Source: Felis catus
Lineage: Eukaryota
NCBI RefSeq assembly: GCF_018350175.1
Contig: NC_058368.1
Location: 183,894,001-183,958,000 of the forward strand
Direction: 5' to 3'
DNA length: 64,000 bases
Positions 27,300-38,642 of the stretch are shown here, in pieces (positions within the stretch are counted from its first letter, which is position 1; each line of letters begins with the position of its first letter). The notes beneath the pieces are model-generated. The model worked only from the letters and a program-made list of their open reading frames with translations, had not been told where the DNA came from and ran no database searches. Made by a program: the position numbers and the translations under genes.

Positions 27300-27580
27300 G
27301 GATTCTGAATCTCCTTGAATCTCCATTTAAAAGCAAACAGAGCTACTAACAGTAAATCCAAAACCCATGGACATTTATAATATATTAGGATACAAGCATA
27401 GGAAAAAACACAAGAAAACCTACATGTCAAGGACTGCTAAAGAAAGCAGAGGACACCAATGGGGCTTTGGGGAGACCTGGGAATGGGAGAAACCAGAATA
27501 GCCAGTAGGTTTTCAACGGAACTCACCATGGGCTAATTTGATGGAGTTGGCATAAATCACAGGAGTTTGCTATTACGATG
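27300..27580 (+). mobile_element. Ancient HAL1/L1M 5'-region fragment
   Basis: 'gcaaacagagctactaac...aaaacccatggaca...ggagaaaccagaatagccagtagg...gggctaatttga' resembles the HAL1 5' region as I recall it. Confidence 0.45.
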
Positions 27581-29369
27581 ATCTTCGAGTGGGACCTAAG
27601 AATTAAAAATTAAATAAATGCCAGTTTAGAAGGTTAATGAGATGCTGGGTTATTTCTTGAATCACCAAGATTACAGCATTTTATTTGTATTAAATTATTT
27701 GTATTGATACCACACAATTCATTGGATGAATGCCAACCATCATTTCATGTTCTGTTACGTGGACTGACCTTCCAACTTAATTCTCAGAGTTGGAAGTTTT
27801 TTCCATTTTATGATATATTGTTGCTTCTATCTTTTTAATAAAAGGAGAAAGGCATGTAATTGCCAAAACATGTAATTGCCAATGTTTACATTTTTAATTA
27901 GCTGAAGGGCAAACACATTCCTGAATTTTCTGTAGGGCAAGCAATGTCTTGGTCACTAATTCCATTTCTCAGCTCATGATTTGCTTTAACTCTGACTTAA
28001 CATATTTGAAAATTTTCTTTTTCTCCTCACAGAAAATAGCTGCATATAGTCTCATAATTCAGATGTTTTCAAATACTAAGCTCCTTTTTAATATTCATTA
28101 TATTTCCCAATTTTTGCCTCTAAAATGTTACATTATTCATTGAAAATGGTTTTTAGAATAAATTTCTAAAATTAGGCTGAAGCCCCAGTGCATGTATTTA
28201 TATAGTCTATGTTCATGTGTATATTTAGCACAGGAATGCCAGAGGGCTTTAAGTCATTGGTATAGTTGGTCATCAAAGATAGAAATAAATGTTGTGCTGC
28301 CCCACACTGCCTCTCTGGCAAATAGATGCCTTCACCTTGCCGAAAAGGTCATTGTCAACCCTGGAAGAAAGATTGGAAATTCTGTTCTTTGTTGCAGCAT
28401 TTCCAGTTTGTGTTTACAAAGTGGCATTATAAAAAAGTTTAAAACTTAAAGCTTTAAGCAGTGTGCCCTTTCTCCCCACCCTAAGCCTTGCCCATTCCTT
28501 TAAACTACTCTGACCTCCTATATGATAGATTAAGATTTCTGCTCTGAAAGGGCAGGTGTACTCCATCATGTAAGATTGATCCTCCAGGAATTTACATTGA
28601 AAAATCATGCATCATAATTGTTGTGTAACTTACGTGAATTTATTATTCACCAAAACAAATCACACACATACCTCTAGGCTGACCCTCATTATATGGGGCA
28701 TCCCTCATTTTAGAAAGCCATCTATCTTACCCTTATCCAAGTTGCCATCTGGTCAGTTTATTGATGGAAATTGTTATTTTTATATGAAATCCAATTGACG
28801 CCTAACAGAAGCCAGTTGTTTTACATGTTTTCAATTAAAATTAAAATTAGATATCACTCAGATGCAAGGTTAAAAAACCTGCTTTAACTCTGTTTAGATG
28901 GGTAGACAATGAAAAGCAAAATCTCACTTGTAGAGAATATTTAGAATGTCTCCATATGCATACCCAGAATATAGTAACATAGAAGGATGAGGTTGGCTAT
29001 GGTTAACTTAAATTGTACCCTTTCCCTACTATAATTCAAAATCATGTGTCATGTCACTTTGAATAATGAAGGGAATTAATGTAATATTAACACAACACAG
29101 TATCATGTTACTACCCACAAAGGAGCCAATGGCAGACTCTACCAATGAGCTTTTGTCACTAAGCTTAATAACAATACAATGTTGGTTAAGTGAATAAGAG
29201 AGTCAATGGAACACAGCAATATTTTATGAAAGACTAGATAGGCTTTTAGAGACTAAAATCATCATGTTTGTGAACAACATATGTTTGCTAAAAATAGCCT
29301 TATTTTTAGATGATTGCCTCTTAGAGAGAAATAAAGGCAAAAAACAAAAGGCACAGTAGGTGGTAGGTG

Positions 29370-29605
29370 GGCAGTACTGCCTAGGAGTTAGTTCCTTGAC
29401 TTCGGAATTCAACAGAACCTGAGTAGAACATTAGCTATTATTATATAAACCTAAATATAAATCTGTTATTAACCTTAACCTAAGGCTCAAGTTCTTCATC
29501 TATTTTATGGACATAATGTTTATTTGACGAATTCTTGGGTAAAGATTGAAATGACATTATACGTAAAGCTACTTAGTTCATTGCCTGACACACTAAATGG
29601 GAATT
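29370..29605 (+). mobile_element. MIR (diverged)
   Basis: 'cttaacctaaggctcaagttcttcatctattttatgg...gtaaagctacttagttcattgcctgacaca'. Confidence 0.65.
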
Positions 29606-29708
29606 TTTAGCTGAAAAACCTACTCACCAAACATATGCTCATTGTTAAATAAAAGCTTTTTGTGTGAAGTCAGAGGAAGTGGGGACTTCAAGTTAAGAAG
29701 TAAAGGAT

Positions 29709-29932
29709 GGGGCGCCGGGGTGGCGCAGTCGGTTAAGCGTCCGACTTCAGCCAGGTCACGATCTCACGGTCCGTGAGTTCGAGCCCCGCATCAGGCTCTG
29801 GGCTGATGGCTCGGAGCCTGGAGCCTGCTTCCGATTCTGTATCTCCCTCTCTCTCTGCCCCTCCCCCATTCATGCTCTGTCTCTCTCTGTCCCAAAAATA
29901 AATAACAAACGTTGAAAAAAAATTAAAAAAAA
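29709..29932 (+). mobile_element. Young felid Can-SINE (SINEC_Fc1-like)
   Basis: CpG-rich; perfect TSD aagaagtaaaggat at 29695-29708 and 29933-29946. Confidence 0.98.
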
Positions 29933-29948
29933 AAGAAGTAAAGGATCT

Positions 29949-30172
29949 GGGGCACCTGGGTGGCTCAGTCAGTTGGGCAGCCGACTTCAGCTCCAGTCAT
30001 GATTTCATAGCTCATGAGTTCGAGCCCCATGTGGGGCTCTGTGCTGACAGCTCAGAACCTGGAGCCTGCTTGGGATTCTGTGTCTCCCTGTCTCTCTGCC
30101 CCTTCCCCACTCACACTCTGTCTCTCTGTGTCTCTCAAAAATCAATAAACATTAAAAAAATTAAAATATACA
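29949..30172 (+). mobile_element. Older Can-SINE directly downstream of the young copy
   Basis: ggggcacctgggtggctcag head, CpG-decayed body, A-rich tail. Confidence 0.96.
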
Positions 30173-30207
30173 AAAATAAACAAAGGGTTTATTCTTCATA
30201 AAAATTT

Positions 30208-30782
30208 TAACAACTGTAGTAACTGCTTCATAATGGAAATAATCTCAAATTCTTGGTGGAATATGCCATTTTCTTCTGAAATATGTTCCCAGTGATCACA
30301 TTTTCCTTTATTGTGGATGCTGCGATGATTATTTGAAGTGAAGTTTCCAGTATGTAAACATTGTGAGATACCTGCTTACGTGTCACCATATGCATGAAGG
30401 TAAATGCTTTTATTATGAAGATCAAGTGTAAAATATTTTACTTAGGGGTATTTACATTGCATAATGGACATGGTATTTCTGTTCTCACGTTTTTCCCCCT
30501 AAAACCTGCAATTCTGTCACTGGGCATTTTCTGTCTTTCATTTAAACTGACTTCACGTGCTTTCAGTACATTGTTTCTCTTCCTTGCACTTGTTCTACTT
30601 GCATTCAAATATTTTAGTTTCATCTTATGAATTCACTCTGAGATATTTTTCTTAAAAGCATTGATAAAAGTGTCTACTCTTGACTTTTCCACTTGATTAA
30701 TAGAAAATAATCATCTTTCTCTCTCGTGCGGTTTGGTTAATTAACTGATATAGGCAGCACAAATAATTTCTACAGTAGTGTA
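30208..30782 (-). mobile_element. Probable ancient non-autonomous Tc1/mariner-like DNA transposon fossil
   Basis: Degenerate terminal inverted repeats starting at TA (30208 taacaactgtagtaact; reverse complement from 30782 tacactactgtagaaatt); minus-strand peptide LKAREVSLNERQKM...IAG resembles a Tc1 transposase N-terminus. Confidence 0.45.
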
Positions 30783-32001
30783 CTTATTGTTTTAAGAATT
30801 ATGTGAAAATTAGTCTCTTACTACATGATTAGATTTTCAGATATGGTAATGAACAAAAATAGTCTTTCTGTGCCATCTTTTAATGTGTTTTTAATCACCA
30901 GCTAAATAACAAAGAATTGTCTTTTAAAATAATTAAGACTACATATCGAGTCTCCATAGGATGTCAACAATAAAGGGGTTAATGAAGCATCCAATCATCA
31001 TGGAAACAATCAAAAAATGTCTTGCTTTAAACAACCCAAAGCAATTTCTGCAATCTAAATGCATCTGTGCTGGAATAATTTCCATAGCATCAGAACATTT
31101 TTCATCCTGCAGAGATTACAAGACGAAAAAGAGGAAAGCTTACAAATGATGGCAACCTCCTATGTAAGTGGAGCCAAATATTTAAATGAAAAATCTGTCA
31201 AAAAAGCCAAGCTATTACAGTTTCACAAACCATGCTAACATCATGGCATGACCTCAGTCATGGCACCATTTAGAACCATGAAAGAATACTACAATGAGAG
31301 ATTTCCATTTACACATTATACATAGCTTCCCAGCATATTAATAAATTCTCTGCTGTGTGTTAAAGCAACGTATGCTTTTTTTCACTTTTTATAATCCAAG
31401 ATCAATTCAAGGCTCAAATCAAGTACAAATTCATTGCATCTTTGTGAACATATCACTCATAGCCATGATGGGAAATAACAAATCCTCTAAATCAAATGAT
31501 ATTAATTTGTATTTAAAGGGTTTGATGACAGAAATGGCAAGAATAAAAATCCTAATAGTATACAGACTTTTTTGCAGATTTACTTTAATATGTTCCATTC
31601 ATTCACAAGATAACAGTACAAAAGTACAACATTTGGAAGCTGAGTTCAAGTACTTACCAGCTTATTATCGAACATATTATTTAACCTTAACTGTCAATAG
31701 GCAATAGTCTCAGAGAGATCAGAAATTACAACAAACTTACTTGTTTTTTATATCCCTAATTTATTTACTAGCAAATTACACTAACATTGTAGTGTTCAAT
31801 GTGCATTTGCTAACATAATATATAAAGAATCTCTGTGATCTTCAGTTTTCCTATCTGTTAAATATGTATGCTATTGTATGAATTAATGCAAGTGTATATG
31901 TTGCAAATGAATGTATATTACACACATAATAGATGTTCATTAAATGGTAACTGTTATTGTTCACCAAAAAAGGCTTAAATAAATATACTACATGGTTTCT
32001 T

Positions 32002-32021
32002 TTCTTTTTAAATGTTTATTT

Positions 32022-32065
<44 letters not shown>

Positions 32066-32215
32066 ACACAGGGGAGGGAAAGGGAAAGAGGGAGACAGAG
32101 GATCCAAAGCAGGCTCTGAAGCACAGAGCCCCATGTAGGGCTCGAACTCATGAACCATGAGTTCATGACCTGAGTTGAAGTTGGAGGCTAACCCAACTGA
32201 GCCATCCAGTGTCCC
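32002..32215 (-). mobile_element. Can-SINE
   Basis: (GA)n tract and T tail; TSD taYacYacatggtttctt at 31984-32001 and 32216-32233. Confidence 0.95.
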
Positions 32216-34627
32216 TACACCACATGGTTTCTTAGGAGAATTGATTTTGTACCACAGACAAGAAATGATATACTTGCTGTGAATATTATCTTGAAGTATA
32301 AATTTACACTTGTATATTGATCACTATTTAGATAAAGAAATAAGGTCAAATGGTATTATCCAAATATAAACTTATATTTTTTTGGCTTTTTTTGGTGGTA
32401 TATACTGAAGGCACCTCAGACTCTTTATTTAATAATTTCTTAAAAGGTTTTCTTATGCTCTCCATGTTATAGAAAAATGTACTTCAGCTCCAGTCTCATT
32501 TGTTTTCTTGCTATTTGAATAAGGACTGGTATAATTTCCACTATTATCAAGAGAGAAGTGTAGAACAATTAAATAGGGAGATCGAAGCTGTTTCTATTTA
32601 ATGTGACTATAATCAACATGGGAAACCAATTCACAGACCCAAATGATTGTTTTTCCCTTATAAGTGAATTGTTTTGGCTAAGTATGCTGTATAAATGCTC
32701 TACTTCATAGACTTGGCGCCAGTCAGTTTGCATTTATACTGGGAATGGAACCCAGATTCCTCACAAAAGCCATTTCCATAGAGCCAAGAATGAAACAGAG
32801 AGGCTGTTTCCTTGTAAATAGCTCGAGACACAGAGTAATTGTTATAAAACTGTTGTTAACAATTTAGGAAATATGCAGTACATGCAGCTCAGATACATGA
32901 TATTATTTTGAAACTAGTCCAAATCATGTACTTTTCAACTGGTAGTATTCTTAACCTTGAAAATGCTCTGAACTCATGGGGAGTATTGGCCTTTCATAGA
33001 ATGTACCAAATTGATTAATTTCAAAGAATCCGTGAAAACCAAGTAATTTCTCCATGAATATATGAGTTTCCACAAACTCACAGCAAAACATCTGGGCTCA
33101 GATTTGAATTTGATGGAATATACCTTATGTTCCTGGCTTTCATGTGAATATTTCCCCATATTTTAATGTTTCTAAAATCAAGGTAAGCACTTCTAATGCC
33201 TCACCTCTCCTACCTCAAACCAGTTATCAGTTCATATCACAAAATAGAACAAATAAGGTATACTGTGATTTTAAAGATATAAATTATGTACTAGATATAA
33301 AATTTATATAAACATTTATATGTATTTTATATATTATATTAATGTATATTATGATATATACTATAAACATATAATTGTCTATATATAGAATATAATAATA
33401 TACATTAAGATATAGGATGTATATTATGTGTAACTTGTAAACTGGGTGTGAAATCATTTCTGAGGAGTAATGAAAGTCTACATAACCTTCTTTGATATGA
33501 TAATAGTTTGATTAAAGAAACAGATGATAATTATCTCTGGGGTTTAAACTTTCCATCACTACTCACATTCATATTCTCAGAGTTGGTAAACAACTTTTTA
33601 ACAGCAGTAAATTCTCATCAATAATGTTTGAAGAGTTTAATTATTTACCTTTCAGGTCATTCTCATTATATACTTTATTTTAATAGGTTAATTATTAATT
33701 CATTAAATTATTTTTAAAATTTGCTACAAATACAAAATGAAATCACTAATAATAAAACAAGTTATGAAATAAAAACTTAAAATACAGCTTCAATGATTCA
33801 CATTTCATAAGGCTTAGGAAGAATTAAATTAATTGTTATGAATAGAATGTAGGATTAAAATATTACCTCTTTACATTCAATTATCTTCATTTAAATGAAT
33901 CTTAATCATTTCCCAATACATTCTGAGGAATACCTTGCCTTATATATTAGTATTTCCAACATATTTAAATGCTTAAATATATCTGATATTTTTTAGTCTT
34001 TTCAGGGCTTATACTTTAGCTAAACCAACACAAAAATAATTCACTTGATATGTCTATAGTTTGCTAAGTTATAAGGTCTGATGATAATTCACTGCATAGT
34101 TGACTGTAGGTCTTCAGTATTAACTGACATAATGTTACAGTTATTTTACCAAAGACTCTTTTACTGATTAGAGAAGAATCTCAACAAATAATTATAATGT
34201 TTCTGGACTTTAATAAGTAATTAGAGTATATATGAGACTTAATGGTGGTTATTATATATTGAATTGTGAATATGCTATAATTATCAGAGATTTGTGAACA
34301 TGGGATTTTATAAAACTCTATTAGTTTGTGTATGTTTTATAATATACATGTATACATATATATTTCTGAATGCAAACAATAAAAAGGTCTAAAAAAGAAA
34401 CAATGCTTTTCATCAAATAATAAACAAATAGAAAATAAATATTTACATAATTTTAAGTAATGAAATCATTGTTACATTATAGCCATTTTTAAATCTTTAT
34501 AATATAAGTGTATTAAAAACTCAAAATTGGAAATTTTGAATTATTGACTAGATGAATACATCTTTAGGTGTAAAAAAGTAAAGTATTGTGGAGTAAACTA
34601 AAATCTAAAATTATCATAAAATATCTT

Positions 34628-34840
34628 GGGCTTCCTGGGTGGCTCAATCGGTTAAGCATCCAACTTTGGCTCAGGTCACAGTTCGAGAGTTCAAGCCCTG
34701 CATTAGGCTCTGGACTGACAGCTCAGAGCCTGGAGCCTGCTTCGGATTCTGTATCTCACTCTCTCTCTGCCCCTCCCCCACTCATGCTCTGTCTGTCTGT
34801 CTCTCTCAAAAATAAACATTAAAATTTATAAAAAGTAAAA
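34628..34840 (+). mobile_element. Can-SINE (SINEC_Fc type)
   Basis: Direct repeat taaaattatcataaaWtatctt at 34606-34627 and 34841-34862 (one mismatch). Confidence 0.96.
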
Positions 34841-34894
34841 TAAAATTATCATAAATTATCTTAATAATAGCAAAGTTATAATATTCTATATGGG

Positions 34895-35100
34895 AAACAT
34901 TAGAACACAAATGCCAGAAATATACACTCTGATAATCATCTGCCATTAGACTTTGGACAGTTTATATACTTTTCAGTTCTCTTATCTGTAAAATCATGTT
35001 AATAATTGAATCTACTTCAGGAGACTGTTCTGAAAACTATATGTTAGAAAAGTGCTAAGTACATTTTAAGTGCCTAATAAATGCTCACCATTGTTATTAT
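34895..35100 (+). mobile_element. MIR
   Basis: 'tcagttctcttatctgtaaaat...aaagtgctaag...gtgcctaataaatgctcaccattgttatt'. Confidence 0.7.
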
Positions 35101-37312
35101 TTTTATAATCTATCCACCACAGCTAAATCCTAACATACCTGTCTCTGTTCAATGATGAAGATGATCATCATCATGATCATGATGATGATGATAATGCATG
35201 GAAATATCACATTTTCTAGCATTCTGGTTTGTTTTTATAAGAATCAATAGATAAAATTTATTTGATTTCAATATCAGAAATATTAATTGAACAATTTATA
35301 TATAATTAACATTTCTATTTTCTCTGCTCATTATCTGGTTGCCAAACACACACACATACATGTGCACACACACAAACACACACGAATGACTAAAAGACAA
35401 ATAGCAGAAAGGAATAAAGATCTACAGAAGACCTGCATCATAAAGTAATGAATAGAGAAATCAAGAGTTATATCTGGAGTAGGCCTAAGATGGCAGCATA
35501 GGAAGATCCTGAACTTACTTCCTCCCACAAACACACCAAATCTATAGCTACAGATGGAACAGTCGCTCAAAAAAACAAAAACAAAACAAACAAACAAGAA
35601 AACAACAAAAAAACAAAAATAAACCACCAACCACCCCCCCCCCGAAAATTAGCTGAACAGCTCCTTCACAACAAACAAGAAAAGAGTCACATGGACATAG
35701 GAGAGGTAGAGACATGGTCTCACCAAAACTATATCCCCAGTGCAGAAACCTACAATTAGGTGGGATCTCACAAACCTGGAGTTTCCCTCTGATAAGTAAG
35801 GAGTTCATGTTCCACATAGTTACTCCAACTTCTGGGCCTAGCAACAGAGAAATGAGCCCCCAAAATATCTAGCTTTGAAAACCAGTAGGGCTCACATCCA
35901 TGAAACCCAAAGAACTGTAGACAATTGAGATACTTCTTTTAAAGGGCTCCTATGAAGACTTGCTCCAGAGACCAGCATAAAAGCAGCAGTTTGAAAAGTG
36001 CATAGACTATAATATGTGAAGGAGATGCATTTGCTAATCTTAAAGAATCTGCCCAAGCGGCAGGGGTCTACTGGGAATCTCTCCTGACAGAGACGCTGCA
36101 AGCAACATTTCCGCACTCTCCCTCTACCTTGACAGTGTCAGTGGGTACACCCCAGATCTGTGCCATCCCTCAGCCCAACAAAAGTCAGTAGGTGTGCCAT
36201 GGCTCTGCACTCTCCCACAGCCCCACTAAAGCCAGGAGATGAACATAGTTCGCACAGGGGATGCTCCTAGAACACCTGGCTCTAGATGACAGAGGGGCTT
36301 GTGCTCTGGGGTTGCACAGGACTGTAATAATTGGAAAGACAGTTCTTGGCACCCTATCCACTCTAGAACACTAGACAGCAGACTGAAACACACCCCTAGC
36401 CTTTCTTTTAAAAAGGCCTATTTATTTGTGTTGGAGCTTTTCTGATGGTCATGCTTCAGGTTTGCCATACATGTAGAGGTTTTGGAGGCACTTTCAGGAA
36501 ACATAGGCCGGGGATACCATCTTTGTACTCACCTTTGGCTGTGCTATAGCTCACTGGCACCTCACAGAAAGAAGTTTATACACTTTTCTGAAACCCTGAT
36601 TTTTGCAACTGTTACCCAGGGGATGCCTCTAGATATACTGGTCTGGAAGCCAGCAGGATTTAAGATTGTATCCCACAAGACTGTATATATTTGCATACTT
36701 TAAAAGCTGCTGCCTGAGGGTCTGGCCTCTAATCAGCCTGCAACTAGGTGCTGAGATCCCTTCCTTTGGAATACTGACAGAGGACTCGGCATATCCTCAA
36801 CAACTGGGACCTATCAGGAAAAAAATCAGGATCTTAGACAATTACAAAGGTTTGAGAGACAACCAAGAGCTGGGTCAGGTTGAATGGTAAGGTTCATCTC
36901 CTATACAGGTCATTCCTTCAAGATTGGAAAACTATTATGCTTAAAACATGGAAACAAACACAAAGAGTCAAGCAAAATGAGGAAACAGCAGAATATGTTC
37001 CAAATAAAACAACAAGATAAAACTTCAGGGGGAAAAAACTTAATAAGAAGAGATAAGTAATTTACCTGTTAAAGATTTCAAAGTAATGGTCATAAAGATG
37101 CTCACCAAAATTGGGCGAAAAGATGGATGAACACAGTGAGAACTTAAATAAAGACAGAAAATATCAAAATATACTAAACAGAAGTCACAGAGCTGAAGAG
37201 TGTATTAACTTAACTAAAAAATGTACAGGAGGGTTTAATGGCAGAACAGATGAAACAAAGGAAGAATAAGTGATCCAAAAGAGAGGGCAGGGGAGCTCAC
37301 ACAGAGAAGAAA

Positions 37313-37331
37313 AAAATAAATAAATAAATAA

Positions 37332-37366
<35 letters not shown>

Positions 37367-37367
37367 A
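37313..37367. repeat. (AAAT)n microsatellite within L1 ORF1
   Basis: Direct reading. Confidence 0.9.
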
Positions 37368-37606
37368 GGGAAGATAGCTTAAGAGACCTATAGGGCAACA
37401 TTCAGTGGAATAATATTCTCATTTTCATTTTAGGGGTCCCAGAAGGAGAAGAGAAAGAGAAAGGGAAAGAAAAAAAACATTTTTTTTTAATAATAATGGC
37501 TGGAAATTTCCCTACTCTGGAGAAGGAAACAGAAATCTAAATCCAGGAGGCCCTGAGAGTTCCAAATAAAATCCATACAGAGAAATACTATCATTAAAAT
37601 GTGAAA

Positions 37607-37833
37607 TTTTTTTTTTAGTTTTTTTTTTTTTTTACATTTATTTATTTTTGAGAGACAGAAACAGAGCACAAGTGGGGGAGGAGCAGAGACAGAAGGAGAC
37701 ACAGAATCCGAAGCAGGCTCCAGGCTCCAAGCTGTCAACGCAAAGCCTGATTCAGGGATCGAACTCATGAACTGTAAGATCATGACCTGAGCCGAAGTCG
37801 GATGCTTAACCGACTGAGCCACCCAGGCACCCC
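37607..37833 (-). mobile_element. Can-SINE nested in the old L1 ORF1
   Basis: TSD aaaatgtSaaa at 37596-37606 and 37834-37844. Confidence 0.96.
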
Positions 37834-38642
37834 AAAATGTCAAACTGTAAAGATAAAGAGAAAATCTTAAAAGAAGCAAGAAAAAACAACTAGTTGCATA
37901 CATGCATACAACTGGTTGCACGAATGTCTGTAAGACTGTCAGCAGACTTTATAGCAGAAACTTTGTAGGCCAGAAAAAAGTGGCACAATATCATCAGCGT
38001 GCTTAAAGAAAACAAACTTCCAACAAAGAGTACTTTACCTGGCAAGATTATCATTCAGAATTGAAGGAGAGGTAGAGTTTTTCAGACAAGCAAAAGCTAA
38101 AGGAATTCACCACCAGTAAACCAGGTTTACTAGAAATGTTAGAGGCACTTCTTTAAGCTGAAAAGAAAGGACCTTACTTAGTAATAAGAAAATACATGAA
38201 AATATAAATCTCCCTGGTAAAGATAAACAGATAGTAAAGGTAGCAGATTAATCAGTTATAAAGCTAGTATGAAGGTTAAAAAGACAAATGTAGGAAAAAT
38301 AACTATAGCCACAATAATCAGTTAAGAGATACACAAAATCAAAAGATGTAAAATGCAAACTCAAAAGCATAATAAGTTGGGGGCAGTAAAAAATGTAGAA
38401 TTTGAGAATGTATTCACATAAGTTGTTATCAATTTAAAATAGACTGTTATTTATAATAAGTTTTTATATGTAAGCATCATGGTAACCATCAACCAAAAAT
38501 CTACAGTGTATACACAAATGATAATAAGAAGGGAATTTAAGCATAACACTCAAAAAACTCATCAATCCATGAGAGAAGAGAGCAAGAGAAGAACAAATGA
38601 ACAGAGAGGGCTACAAAACAGCCAGGGAACAATTAACAAAAT

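Larger units (their letters stand above)
36977..38170 (+). pseudogene. Decayed L1 ORF1 (RNA-binding chaperone), interrupted by (AAAT)n and a SINE
   Basis: atgaggaaacagcagaatatgttcc start; ORF1 motifs ggggtcccagaaggagaagag (GVPEGEE), aagactgtcagcagac (RLSAD), tacctggcaagattatcattcagaattgaagg (YPARLSFRIEG-like); many frameshifts. Confidence 0.8.

Noticed and set aside
27853..27882. Tandem duplication of catgtaattgccaa; small hairpins near 21700 and 27770
   Set aside because: Ordinary slippage or short inverted repeats with no further structure.
28190..28430. Motif cluster (GGAATG, AAAGGTCA, TGTTTAC, MEF2-like AT runs)
   Set aside because: Short or imperfect motifs in AT-rich DNA cannot be distinguished from chance without conservation data.
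29709..29790. tRNA gene (A/B box-like sequence)
   Set aside because: This is the tRNA-derived head of a Can-SINE, followed by a CT tract, poly(A) and a TSD.
33175..33190. Strong splice donor AAG/GTAAGC
   Set aside because: I found no convincing upstream acceptor or recognisable reading frame; isolated donors are expected by chance.
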